From Rhizodiscina lignyota (Eukaryota): a DNA stretch of 64,000 nt. Under the pieces are notes generated by a model. It saw nothing but the letters and a program-made list of their open reading frames with translations, was not told the DNA's origin and searched no databases. The position numbers and the translations under genes were made by a program. Shown piece by piece: positions 1 through 11,247 of this stretch. Position 1 is the stretch's first letter. Each line of letters begins with the position of its first letter. The stretch covers positions 1-64,000 of the forward strand of contig ML978140.1 of assembly GCA_010015805.1 (NCBI GenBank), read 5' to 3'.

Positions 1-300
1 AGCCTTACTAACCTCAAATCGTCCTAACTATTTAAAAACAGGGGCGGTTACGGTCGTACTAATTACCTCTCCTACTACTACTGTCCCTACTACTACTAAT
101 CCTACCGCTACTATCTAAATCTGTCGACGCGATCGCCGTAAAAACCTCCTCTAACTTAAACCCTATAAATAGCCTTACTAACCTTAAATCGTACTATAAT
201 AACTCGCCTACCTCGCGCGGTAAATACCTATTAGATCGCCCCCTTCTCTCCTACTGCCGACACTCCCTACGCAACTAGCGCTGTCTCGAATTTATGCTCG
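1..300 (-). pseudogene. Fragment of a second, diverged copy of the helicase-element central domain
   Basis: ~150-280 reads ...RYLPREVGELL.YDLRLVRLF, matching 3450-3560 (aatagccttactaac..aaatcgta shared); the motif recurs at 1-22. Confidence 0.6.
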
Positions 301-499
301 AAAACTACCCTAGAATCGCCTTGAATTCGCCCGCTCAATCTGACAATTAATAAACAAACAAACGCCGCTACCCGAATCGAATCAACACCTTGCACGCGTT
401 GTTGCTCTCGAACCCGCCTACTATCTCCTTAAACCCTAACTACTTGACTAACGACCTCTTAAACCCCCCTAAATCGTTGTTATTGCTAACCTTAACATC

Positions 500-3400
500 T
501 ATATCCTTACCCCTCCTACCTTTATTGTTAAAAAACTCCCGCTCCTACCCCCTCTCCCCTCTTACCTACCCTTTAAACTCCTCCCCTTTTATGTACTATA
601 ACGCTACTACCGCCTTAATTAATACTCCTTTCCTATACTAGTACTAGAAAACCCCTTGCCTTCGCTACTTCTACCTGCTATTCGCCTTGTTTAACTCCTA
701 CGTCCTGTAAACCCCTTATAGCACCCTGTAACCCTAATAACCCGTAAACCTCTACTACTTAACGCCCTCCTTAACCTCCCTAACTACCTCTTTAAACATC
801 TCTACGTCGACCTCGCTTCCTACCCTTAAACACTCCTTAAACTCGTGCCCTGCGTACGCTCTATCGCCTATCGTATAACAATATATACAACCTACGCGCT
901 ACTCCTCTAATATATCCTCTAACTTCTACTCTATAATTATCTATTCTTGTTGTAATACCCTCTCGCCCTTTGCTCTAGCCCTACGCCTTGTTATCTCTCT
1001 ATTAAACTCTATCCTTAACTCTTGCCTTTCCCTCTTATCCCTACTTCTATTCCTACTATTATCGCTATTCTTATTAATAACCCTCTTTCTCCCTCTCCCT
1101 TTACTCTGCCTACTCTAGCTGTATATATACGCCTGCTATAATTCTACCTGCTGTAATTCCGCCTGCTGTAATCCCTCTGCCTACTATAATCCCTCTGCCT
1201 GCTATAATCCCTCTGCCTACTATAATCCCTTTACCTACTACAATCCCTCTGCCTGCTACAATCCCTCTACCTACTATAATCCCTCCTACTACTACAATCC
1301 CTTTGCCTGCTATAATCCCGTCTACTACTATAATCCCTCCCTCTGTAACTACCCTTCTCCCTTCTATAATCGCCTCCTGTAACACACGTTGCACGCCTCC
1401 TCTCCCTCCTTATACCCCTTCCTATCCCTCCTACCGTCTATTACCCTGTCTAATACCGCCCTCCTATACTAGCTATTGCCCTACGAATCTACAAACTCTA
1501 TTATATTATCCTCTATCCCCTACTAGCTCCTATCCTCCTATATAACCTCGCCCGTCCTCTAATTAACCTTAACCGCCTGTAATACAATCGACTCGCACGC
1601 CCTCTTATCCCTGCCCGCCCTACCGCTCTCCTACACAAAACTCCTTAACTTCTTTACCCTGCCTACGTATATAACTACCTTAATCGTTAGCGTATTAACC
1701 CCTAATCCTAACGCGTTTGTCGCTGTAAAAACCTACTCTATGCCTTCTTTTAATACTTGTAATAACTTCGCCTTTTCTTCTTTGCCGCCTACTGCTCTGT
1801 AGAAATACTTATACCCTAAAACCTTTGCTAACCTCTCCGTCTTCTTAACTGTATCGTAATACACTATAATCTAGCCTAGTATCACATACTACGCCCTCTT
1901 CTCCTCTACTAATCTAACTACCGTCTCCTCCTCTTCCGCCTAGCTATGAAAAATCACCTAGTATTTAATATTCTTCTTTATAGTCGGCGCCCTAAACTAA
2001 TACTCTCTCTTTCCCTCTCCCTCTCCCTCTCCCTCTATACTCTCTCTTTTGCTACTACTACTACTCTCTCTATTACTACTACTATTACTCTCCCTACTAC
2101 CGCTACCGCTACTACTACCTCTCTTCTTACTATTACTACCGCCGAACCCTATTAATCTTTTAAACTCTGGCTCGTCTACTAGCGGTAATGTCGCCGTTAA
2201 AAATACTATCTGTGTCTCTACCCCGATTAACTCTCTTAACCGTAAAACCCGACTTCTCTACCCACCCCCCTCGCTCGAATCTAATACTATATAGCACTCG
2301 TTAATTACTACCCGATCTAACTAGCCTATTACCTTCTACTTATTTAAAAACTGGCTAAATACCGCGCCTACTACTAACTCCGGCGTTACGAACATAATTA
2401 ACGCCTACTTGTACGGCCTCGCGCTACTCTACTCTACGTACTCTATCCCCGCCGCCTTATATCTAGCCGCTATATCCTACCTTAATATAATTAACGGTAC
2501 TACTACTACTATTATGCCTGTGGAATAAAACGCTAGTAATATAAATAACAAACTTTTACCCTCTCCTATCGCTATAATCGCTACTACTAGGCTTCTCTAC
2601 TATATAATCGCCTTAATCGCCAGCTCCTACAACCCTTTAAACTCTGCGTCTAGCCCGACCAACTTCCGTAACTACTTCTTTATGTCTGTCTTCTATATTA
2701 CTACCTACTTCCCGAACTCTTCTTCCTCTACCTACTGCCTCCTATAGGCTACTACCAAACCCTGCTTAGCCGGCTCCTATAACGCCGATTCGAACATTAA
2801 AAACTTATACTACTCCTTACTAACCTTCTAAAACATAACCCGCTGCGCTATAGTATAGAATAGCGACTTATTAACGCCCCTACTATATATACCCTCCCCT
2901 ATCTACGTGCTATAGCCTGTCTACAAATGGAATCCGACCTCTCTCTAATTAAACCTGTTGACATGCTACCCCTCCCCCCCCTTGTCCTCTCCCTACTACC
3001 TACTATCCTTATCTCCTCTCGTAATAGCTTAGATAATAGCCTTGTTATTAATATACTGCCTGTAAATCGCCTTGCTACTATGCCTCTAACATATAATGTT
3101 TATCCTTACCCCTAAATATATTATACTAGCCTTTTAGATCGCCTTTCTAACCCTGTCTATATCCTAATACACCGTCTTTATCGACGGCGGCTACTATCTA
3201 TCCTCTCTATTATCCCTTTCTCCTCCTCCTCCTCCTCCTTACCGTCTTCTCCCTCTTATCTTTAGGCCCTACTACGCCTGTTCTAGCTTTAGCTCCTATA
3301 AAAACGGGCTGTAGCTGCTTCTACTACTACTAGCGATATTTCTACTATTATTGCCGGCGATATTGCTACTACTATCTCCTTCGACCTCTGCCGCCGCTGC

Positions 3401-6150
3401 TACCGCCGCTACTATTGATGCGACGGTAGAAACACTCTCTAACCTGTCCTAAAATAGCCTTACTAACTATAAATCGTATAATAATAACGACCCGACCTTA
3501 TGTAGCAAATACTAGTAGATTACCTTCTCCTTACCGCTAAACCCCACGCCCTTATAGTACTATACTACGTATACTACTATCCTATCCTCTACGAAAATGC
3601 CTCTACCCGCGCTATCCGCGCCGTTCTTATACTATACTATGACGATCTCTATGCCCCTAGCCGGCTGTCCTCCTGTTATATGTATTAATACTAATAAATC
3701 CTGCCTATGCGCGTCTAAATCCTTCTTGTACTACTAGATCCTATCTTTCTTCTATATAACTAGATCGCCGCTATTCTACTACCGCTACTACTACTACTAC
3801 TACTAGCTTCTATAGATTATATCGTGCGTAGCCTTAGCATCGACAAACTCCTCGCGCAACTGCCGCTCCCCTATGACTCTGTCCACCATCCACTTACTGC
3901 CGTCGACGCCGCCAAACGCCTCTCTGTTCCGCCCGTCGTCCACGAAACTCCACCCGACCCTCATCTCCGCCGCATTATCCACCATCTGGTCCATCTTCAC
4001 CGGCGGCAACCGCGTCGTCGTATCCGCGCTATTAGGCCGGCCCTTATCGTTAATATATAATAATAATAACCTCCTCTTAAACCTTAACTATAATATATAT
4101 ACTAACCCGTAGATTATCGCCTGTAAATCTAGTATGCTAAAACTAATGTAGCTGTATAATAACCTGTCGCTAACCTAATCTACTACTCTATCTGCTACTA
4201 TGCTATAATGCACCTTTAACCTATACGTCCTTAATATTAAAACCCAATTTATTAGCGTTAGCTTGCCGCTGAATGCGGTTAATATTATGAACCTATGTAC
4301 TATCTCCTACGCTAACTAGAAATAGGTCGGCGCCTTCTTTAATGCCTCTACCTAGCTAAAACCTTGCTCTTCCCTTATCTCTTTAATTACTACTTCCTTT
4401 ATTAACTTCGTGCGGTATAAAACTAACATCCTAGCAACTGTAATAACCGCTAACAATGCTCGCGTCGCCCTAGACAGCCCTTTCTACGCGTAATCCTTAT
4501 CTAACCCTAAAACCGCCAATCTGCTAACGATGCTATTTGTATATACGTCGTCTTGCATATTATAGTCTAATAATACGATTAAAAACTCTAATATCGCTGC
4601 TTCTACCTTACTATCTTCTTTATCTCCTTCCCTCTCTTCCTCTTCTTACTCCTACTCTTACTCCTACTCTTGCCCCCGCCTCTATGCCTTCTTACCCTAC
4701 TCCTCTTTATGCCTAATAGCCTGTCTAACCTGTATTAATGCTCTAACCTGTCTGCTAGTCAATTTGTATAGCGGTCTTTTCTACCTAATACTATTTTCTA
4801 CCTCTTCTCTTCTGTCCCTCCCTCCTTACCTTCTTCCCTCTTGCCTAGCCCTTTTAATCTCTATACGCATCTCCTTATCTAACCCTAAATCCCTTTCTAA
4901 ATCTTTCTTTAAATCCTCTTCTACTAGCCCTGTCGACGCGTCCCCTAACCTACTGTTACCGTCGCTACTACTACTACTCCTACTACTCCTCCTCCCCCTC
5001 CCCCCTTTTATCGCCTCTAGTAAACCCTATATCCTCTAAATATAACAAACTACCTTGTACTAAACCTTAGCGTACCTCTTAATCGTCTTGCCCTACTACC
5101 TCGCGTTTAATAGCTTCTTATTCGATGTCTCGCCTGTCTCTCTCCTATTTACATAACATGCAGCTGCAAAACCTACAACTTCTAGCTGTACTGCCTTTTA
5201 CGCCTCCTAAATAACTATTTGTACTATATTATATACCCTAACTAACTCCTACTCTCTTCTCGCATCTATTATACTACTACTTTCGCTATTACTTTCGCTG
5301 TTGCTTTCGCTATTACTACTTTTACTACTACTATTATCGCTACTATCGTTACTACTACTACTATTACTATTACTGTCGCTCTTATCTCTATCTACTAGTA
5401 TCTCCGCTATCTCGACTAACTACCTGTAGTTAAACCCCTCTAAATGCCTCGCCTATCCCGCCCTCCTTAACTACGTTTATAGTACGTATCTATTCATATT
5501 AGCCTAGACTATCGCCCTCTCCTCCTCGGCCTCTTGCTTTAACTACTTATCTACTGATATGAAAACCCTCTCTATCTACCGCCTCGTGACGCGCTATATC
5601 TATTTATTCCTATTAACTGTACTTTCTCTTTTATCTCCCTTACCCTTACCCCCTAGCCTTACTATTACCTTAAACAACTACTACTACCCTCCCGTCCTAA
5701 AAAACTGCTAGTAATATACGCCCGCTATCTATATCTCGTACTCTCGCGCCTCTATAATAGCTAACCTCGTCGCCCTACCGCGGCTACGCCTATTCGCCTA
5801 CCCGTACTCTCGCCTATAATACTTCTATATATCCTCCTACGTGCGGCGTATATGTCCGTACTCGTCGTACTAATAACTATCGTCCTATAACTATAAACTA
5901 GCTAATAGCGCTAACGTAGGCTCTAGATACCGGACCTCCTTACACGTGACTACGATATCTTCTACTACGATACTACTTACCTCTACTACAATCGCCCTAT
6001 ACACGTTTACTATTAACTCGCTCTTATACTTCTAGCTTAAATATAAACTTATACTACTCCTAATAACGGTATACCTGTACCTCCTGTAAATAATCGCCTT
6101 GTACTATAGTAAATACTTGAAATAATCGCTAAAACCTACTATCTCTCCCC
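500..6150 (-). pseudogene. RIP-inactivated telomere-linked RecQ-like helicase gene (N-terminal DUF3505/OrsD-like Zn finger, central domain, DEAH/RecQ helicase, C-terminal Cys-rich region); ends approximate
   Basis: Minus-strand reading: IMA(T)GEGKSLLF Walker A (GKS 2552-2560); VINECY = de-RIPped VIDECH (2291-2308); FLTATLP (~2183-2203); ATNALGLGV; (Q)ESGRAGRD (~1607-1633); AIICRR(C)RY-like motif near 6070-6100. Confidence 0.85.
1135..1375. repeat. 18-bp minisatellite (about a dozen units, ATAATCCCTCTGCCTRCT-like) in the 3' part of the helicase relic
   Basis: Directly visible tandem units; produces the spurious IIAGRG-repeat ORF 1110-1394. Confidence 0.9.
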
Positions 6151-6799
6151 TAATCTTTTAATCTCCCTCCCTTCTTAGTTCTACTATAGGTTCTTCCTTA
6201 ACTAACGACTAGGGCAACTATTAAATAGCCTTCTAAACTTAATAATACGTCTTATTATCTACTTAAATCCCTAATCTTCTCCCCCTTTTCTTATTTCGTA
6301 GCTTCGACGCTTTAGCCCCTAGCCGCGCTATACACGCACGCTTACCCGCCTGCCCTACTTAAAACACATAACTGCGAAACTACTTTCGTACTACGGAAAC
6401 AGGCGTATACTACCCTATTAACCTACTATATTCAACTATAGCTTACCTACCTTTAACTATAATATACTACCTACTATCCTACCTGCCTACTACGTCCGAC
6501 CGCGACTTGTTTTACTTACTACGTACTACGCTAAACTGCTAATCCTACTTAGATTACGTGACCGCGAACACGAAAACTCCTGTATACCGCGGACTACAGC
6601 TACAACGCAATAACGTACTATAACCCTAATAGTTCTAACTACATGGCTAGGTTAGGCGCGGCTAGAACTATATTTCTATACGCTTAAAACCCGCCTCTAG
6701 GCGCTACTTTGCTACTTTCTCGCAAATCGGGTTCGACTTTAAACCCTAAATCGGTCCGACCCCCTTCTTATCCTACTAGCGCTAAATTTGTTAGCAGGT

Positions 6800-7530
6800 T
6801 CAAATCAGTTCGACTCAAACTAGTCGTATAGTACGAGTTAGTACTAGTAAACGTGTTAGCCTAGCCGGTCCTACGTATCTAGGTACTCGTAAAGGCTAGG
6901 TCGTCTATACTAGTATCTGTTACCGCTAAGCAGTCCCGCATCTTTTCCGTAGCCTAATACTCCTCTTCCTTATATAGTAGTAGAACCCTTCTCTTACGGC
7001 GCGGCGAGCCGCTTACTACCTCTAGCGTAGGAGCGTATTAACTATCTACTACCGCCGCCGCTGCTACTACTACTATCTAGTATTCTTACGCGCCGTTCTA
7101 ACTCTAGCTCTATAGGCTTAGACTAGTACGGAGGTTATCGTGAAGCTAGGTCTTATAGCTGCCCTTTCGACCGTGCCCTTTCGCTAGGTAGCGCCGTACG
7201 AGGTCGAGGCTAGTAGACTAGTACTAGTAGTACTTGCAAGCCGCACTAGATTAGACGGCAAGGTGTAGGTACGGTATAAAGCCGTTAGGCCGGAGACTAA
7301 GCTTATTAGGATACGGTAGGTTTAGTAAGTTAATAAAGGTATTAAGGCCGCGGCGGGCTTCGGTAGGTACTTAGTACTTCTCCTAAAGGTGCTTAGACAC
7401 GGCCTTAGCGGACGGCTTAAGCGCGTACTTATACTCTATACAGATAACGACGCGCTTAGTTTAGTCTAGATATAGCCCTAATATAGTAAGCCTCCGGTCT
7501 TAGTCTGCGCTCGTAAGAGAGTCCTAGCGG
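6800..7530 (-). pseudogene. Second RIP-degraded DUF3505/OrsD-like Zn-finger gene, apparently truncated
   Basis: De-RIPped reading: RRLTMLGL...RVVICMECKYALKPS...VSKHLWEKH...PHLAV..GAACKHC...STSLDLVRRHL...LQSWSQNGAREYW. Confidence 0.7.
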
Positions 7531-7590
7531 CTAGATAGCTTAGTTTTGTCGACAAGGGCTTGAAAAATTATTCTTAAGAGATAATAAGCT

Positions 7591-7591
<1 letters not shown>

Positions 7592-7632
<41 letters not shown>
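7592..7632. repeat. (GA)n microsatellite
   Basis: Direct observation. Confidence 0.95.
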
Positions 7633-7633
<1 letters not shown>

Positions 7634-8287
7634 TAAGCGAGCGAGCAAGCGTAAAAGAGATTAAAAAAGAGATTAGTACGATTAGATTAATAGTATAATA
7701 GTAGTTAAAGTAGTTATTATCAAGTGCGGACGGGCGCGTAGCGTACAGGCTATATAAGCCTAGATTTAGGGGGAGAGGGATTCGCGACGGGTTCCTAGAG
7801 GGTAGTAAATCGCGACACGATCCGTACGCGTAACATAGGGGGCAGGCGGGTGAAATTAGGAAGGCGACGCGTTCCTAGGTGTTAATAAGGGGGTAAAATA
7901 GGGCAAGTTGCGGGAAGGCGACGCGTTCTAGAGTAGAATACTTAAGTAAGTAGAGGATAAGCAATTAAAGAGAGGAGAGAGAGGATAGGAGATAAGTAGA
8001 TAGCTACTACTACTACTACTACTATACTCGTTATATAGGTATTATAATCTAAAATTAGATTAGAGCGCCTATTCCTACTACCCTACTCTATAAGTAGCGT
8101 AGTAGTAGTATCGTAGTAGTAGTAGTAGTAGTAACAGGTAATAGAAGAGGCTAAGAAATACTACGTTAAAATTAGAGAGGGAGGCGGAGGAGGGCGTAAA
8201 GTAGCTACTTACGCCTTTATTTCCGCTCTATTAACGCTATACGCGCGTACTAGCGAGACTTTACGCTCTACTATAGCGCTTATTACG

Positions 8288-8952
8288 TAGGCGTTACAAT
8301 TTAGCGCTAGCCCTCTACCCTTCTACTTTATAAGCGGTAAAAGTAGCGCTAGGCGGTATAAGGCCTTAAATAGAGCGAGAATTAAAGGCGCGTATAGCTA
8401 CTCTATACCCTCCCCTACTCTTCTCTCTAATTATTATATAGTATATACTATCTCTCTCTCGCGTACGCGCGCGTAGCGAGCTATACTCTTAACCCTAGCT
8501 TATAGTCATATAGGCGTTATAATTTAGTACTAGACCTCTACCCTAAAAGTAGCGCTAGGTAGCGCGAGGCCTTAGATAGAGCGAGAATTAAAGGCGCGTA
8601 TAGCTACTCTATACCCTCCCCTACTCTTCTCTCTAATTATTATATAGTATATACTATCTCTCTCTCGCGTACGCGCGCGTAGCGAGCTATACTCTTAACC
8701 CTAGCTTATAGTCATATAGGCGTTATAATTTAGTACTAGACCTCTACCCTAAAAGTAGCGCTAGGTAGCGCGAGGCCTTAGATAGAGCGAGAATTAAAGG
8801 CGCGTATAGCTACTTTACGCCCTCCCCTACTCTTCTCTCTAATTATTATATAGTATATACTATCTCTCTCTTACGCGCGCGCGCGTAGTAAGCTATACTC
8901 TTGTCTTAACCCCTAGCTTATAGTTATATAGGTGTTACAATTTACCCTCTAC
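8288..8952. repeat. ~206-bp tandem repeat, ~3.2 copies, plus an inverted ~60-bp partial copy at 8169-8230
   Basis: tagagcgagaattaaaggcgcgtatagc starts at 8371, 8577 and 8783; its reverse complement is at 8169-8230. Confidence 0.9.
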
Positions 8953-9249
8953 GCCTTACCCTCTCTACTAGCAACCTCTCTAACTTTGCTATACTTACTA
9001 TACTACTACGCTATAAGCTATTTAGTAAATAAGACCTACCCTCTACTACCTATACCTACTACTCGCCGTCCCGCTCTTTTTTTCCCCCTATTTAGGCCCG
9101 CTACGCGCCTAAGCCCTAACCCGAATCCGAGCTATAGAAGGTCGTATAAAGTACAATTACTACTATTAGAGCTTATACTAATTAGTTCCTATATAAGGGT
9201 AACTAGGTATAGCTTAGTAGTAGGAGTATAACGTTAACTTAAGTAGTTA

Positions 9250-11247
9250 ACCTCTACGTACTAAGTAAAAGCTAGTCGAAAAGTAATGTGTATATATATT
9301 AAGATCTAGTATTTCTAGTTTGCTAATCGTCTAAAAGATTTCTAAAGAAGAAGAGTAAAAGCCTTCTTACTATAAGTAGCTTAGAGGTATTATTCTAAAG
9401 TGTAAACTAAGTTTATACTACTAAGAGTATACGTACTTTAGGTCCTTAAGACTATAACGCCTTACGTATAGCTACGCTAGTACCTATTCCTATTCTAGGG
9501 GTTTACTTAGAAGCTAGGTACTTATTCTTCTTTTAAATAGCTAGTACGTTAAAACATAAGTCGTAGTATTTAGTATTCAAAAAATCCTAATCCTATTCCT
9601 ATGCCTATATAAGATAGCTAGAGGTAAAAGAGCTTGCCTATAAATTTAAGAATAGTACTACCTACTATTATAGGTGTAAAATAGTAGCTAAGTAATTATA
9701 GGCAAAAGGTCTTATATTAACGTTAAGGTAGTATAAAGGTTATAATATATAGAAAGAGGCCTTAAAGTTATATCTCTTAGGTTACGTACTTAGCAAGTTC
9801 TATAAGGAATAGTAAGCTCCGTAATAAATCTATAACACTATACTACCTCTTTTATAAAATAAAGCTAAATTAGCGTAGTTTTAGATTAGGAATACGCTAA
9901 TATATTAGTAAGATTATTTAGTAAGGTAAAGCATAGACTACTTCTAGTAGAAGAGAATACTAGAGAAAACTATAGTTAAGACCTTAATTTTTTATAGTAA
10001 CTTTACCTAGACATAGCTTTATATAGTAGATTTACTATATATAAAAATATTTAAAGAGTCTAAGTAGAAAAGATAGAATAAAAGGGTTTTATAAGGGTAC
10101 TTAGGGCTAGGGTTATTCTAGTTCTAAGCTAGGGTCTTTCTAGCCTAGTTCTAGCCCTAGCTCTAGTACTTAGGCTAGGGTTGTTCTAACCCTAGGCCTA
10201 AGCCTTTCTAGCCTGTTTCTAAGTCTACGCCGAGCACTTCCTTACAGTTAATTCCACGCAGAATATAATTAGGTGTTAGGTGCCTCTACATAACACCTTG
10301 CACCCTACTAAGGTCTTAATCCGTTATAGGCACTCTTACTTCGCGAAATTTATCCATCTAGCCGCTAACAACCTGTCTATAATTAGCGTGGAGCAAAGGT
10401 AGATTCCGAAAGGACATACTATTCCAATTGGCAGATGAGTTCTCGGAAGTATGGACCAGAGCCTGCTGCCTCTCCATTTCCAGCTGATTTCGCCTTCTTT
10501 TGGGACACCCGGCACGGAGCCAACTCCAGACTCGTTACTTCGTCGTCCTCTTCATCTTTGACCGGGGCCGCGAGTTTTGGGGCCTTGCCCACCTTGCTAA
10601 CCTTGGTGCCGTCGCGGACGCGTGCATCGCGGTTTTTATCCGCTACTTTGTCTGGGAAAGGCTGCAGCTGGAAGCTTCTGAGATCGCCGTTGCAAGCCTC
10701 GTAAGAATCAAACACAGTTGCGACCCATTCGTTGATTGTAACGTCTGCCTCATGCTGTGATGCGCCCGACGCTTCTCTGAACCGCGAATCAAGGCCGTTT
10801 GGACCGGTTGTGAAAGGATCTGTTCCGTCTTACATGGGATGAAACAGTTTCTTTGTATCCTTTCTTGCGCTTCTCCGGCCTTTGTATCTCTCCACATCGG
10901 GACAATACCGCGCTGTCCCTTCGTAATGCAGCGGAACAAATCTGGGGCCTCTCAAAGTTTTGACCATCCATATCCAAATCTGCTCCGCCTTGTCATTCAA
11001 TATGTTGAGTTTGCCGCGGCGATGTAAAGTTTGCCCTTGACGTCCAAGAACCATATCTCGTTTGAAAGCAAAGGTATGTTAGGATCGGTATTGGTCCAGC
11101 GTTGGGCTTGTGGGACGTTATCATCGTCATCCTTAACCTTGCTTCGGTTAGTCTTGGTTTGCAGCGGCAAGGGGAGATACGAACGGTTCTGCTTCGCTTC
11201 TTTGGATCCGATGCGACTGAGTCTTCGCGCAGTCTTTTGGGTGGCAT
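9250..11247 (-). pseudogene. Intron-containing hypothetical gene, frameshifted, with its 3' half destroyed by RIP; 3' end approximate
   Basis: ATG 11247 MPPKRLREDSVASDPKKRSRT; intron with CTAAC branch; frame change near 11015; exon ...RELICQLE then GTATGT donor; downstream exon in TAG-riddled sequence with a repeated peptide-coding unit at ~10100-10220. Confidence 0.5.

Larger units (their letters stand above)
1..10400. repeat. RIP-degraded AT-rich block (repeat/TE relic zone, possibly subtelomeric)
   Basis: Strong excess of TpA and near absence of CpA/TpG; TAG/TAA stops where Gln/Trp codons are expected; composition returns to normal near 10,400. Confidence 0.95.

Noticed and set aside
8003..8133. 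(TAC)n followed by (GTA)n forming an apparent hairpin
   Set aside because: Simple trinucleotide repeats that RIP drives toward TAC/GTA; no evidence of function.
8288..8952. Tandem repeat as a CRISPR-like array or rRNA/tRNA cluster
   Set aside because: Eukaryotic context, no unique spacers, no recognisable RNA gene structure.
390..9231. Short Leu/Pro/Tyr/Thr-rich ORFs in the ORF track (e.g. 390-641, 1110-1394, 1946-2294, 4764-5039, 8932-9231)
   Set aside because: Antisense or off-frame artefacts of RIPped, low-complexity sequence.
10100..10220. TTAGGG/CTAGGG-like words as interstitial telomere repeats
   Set aside because: Better explained as RIP-mutated CAG/TGG-containing codons of a repeated peptide in the boundary gene; no regular hexamer array.
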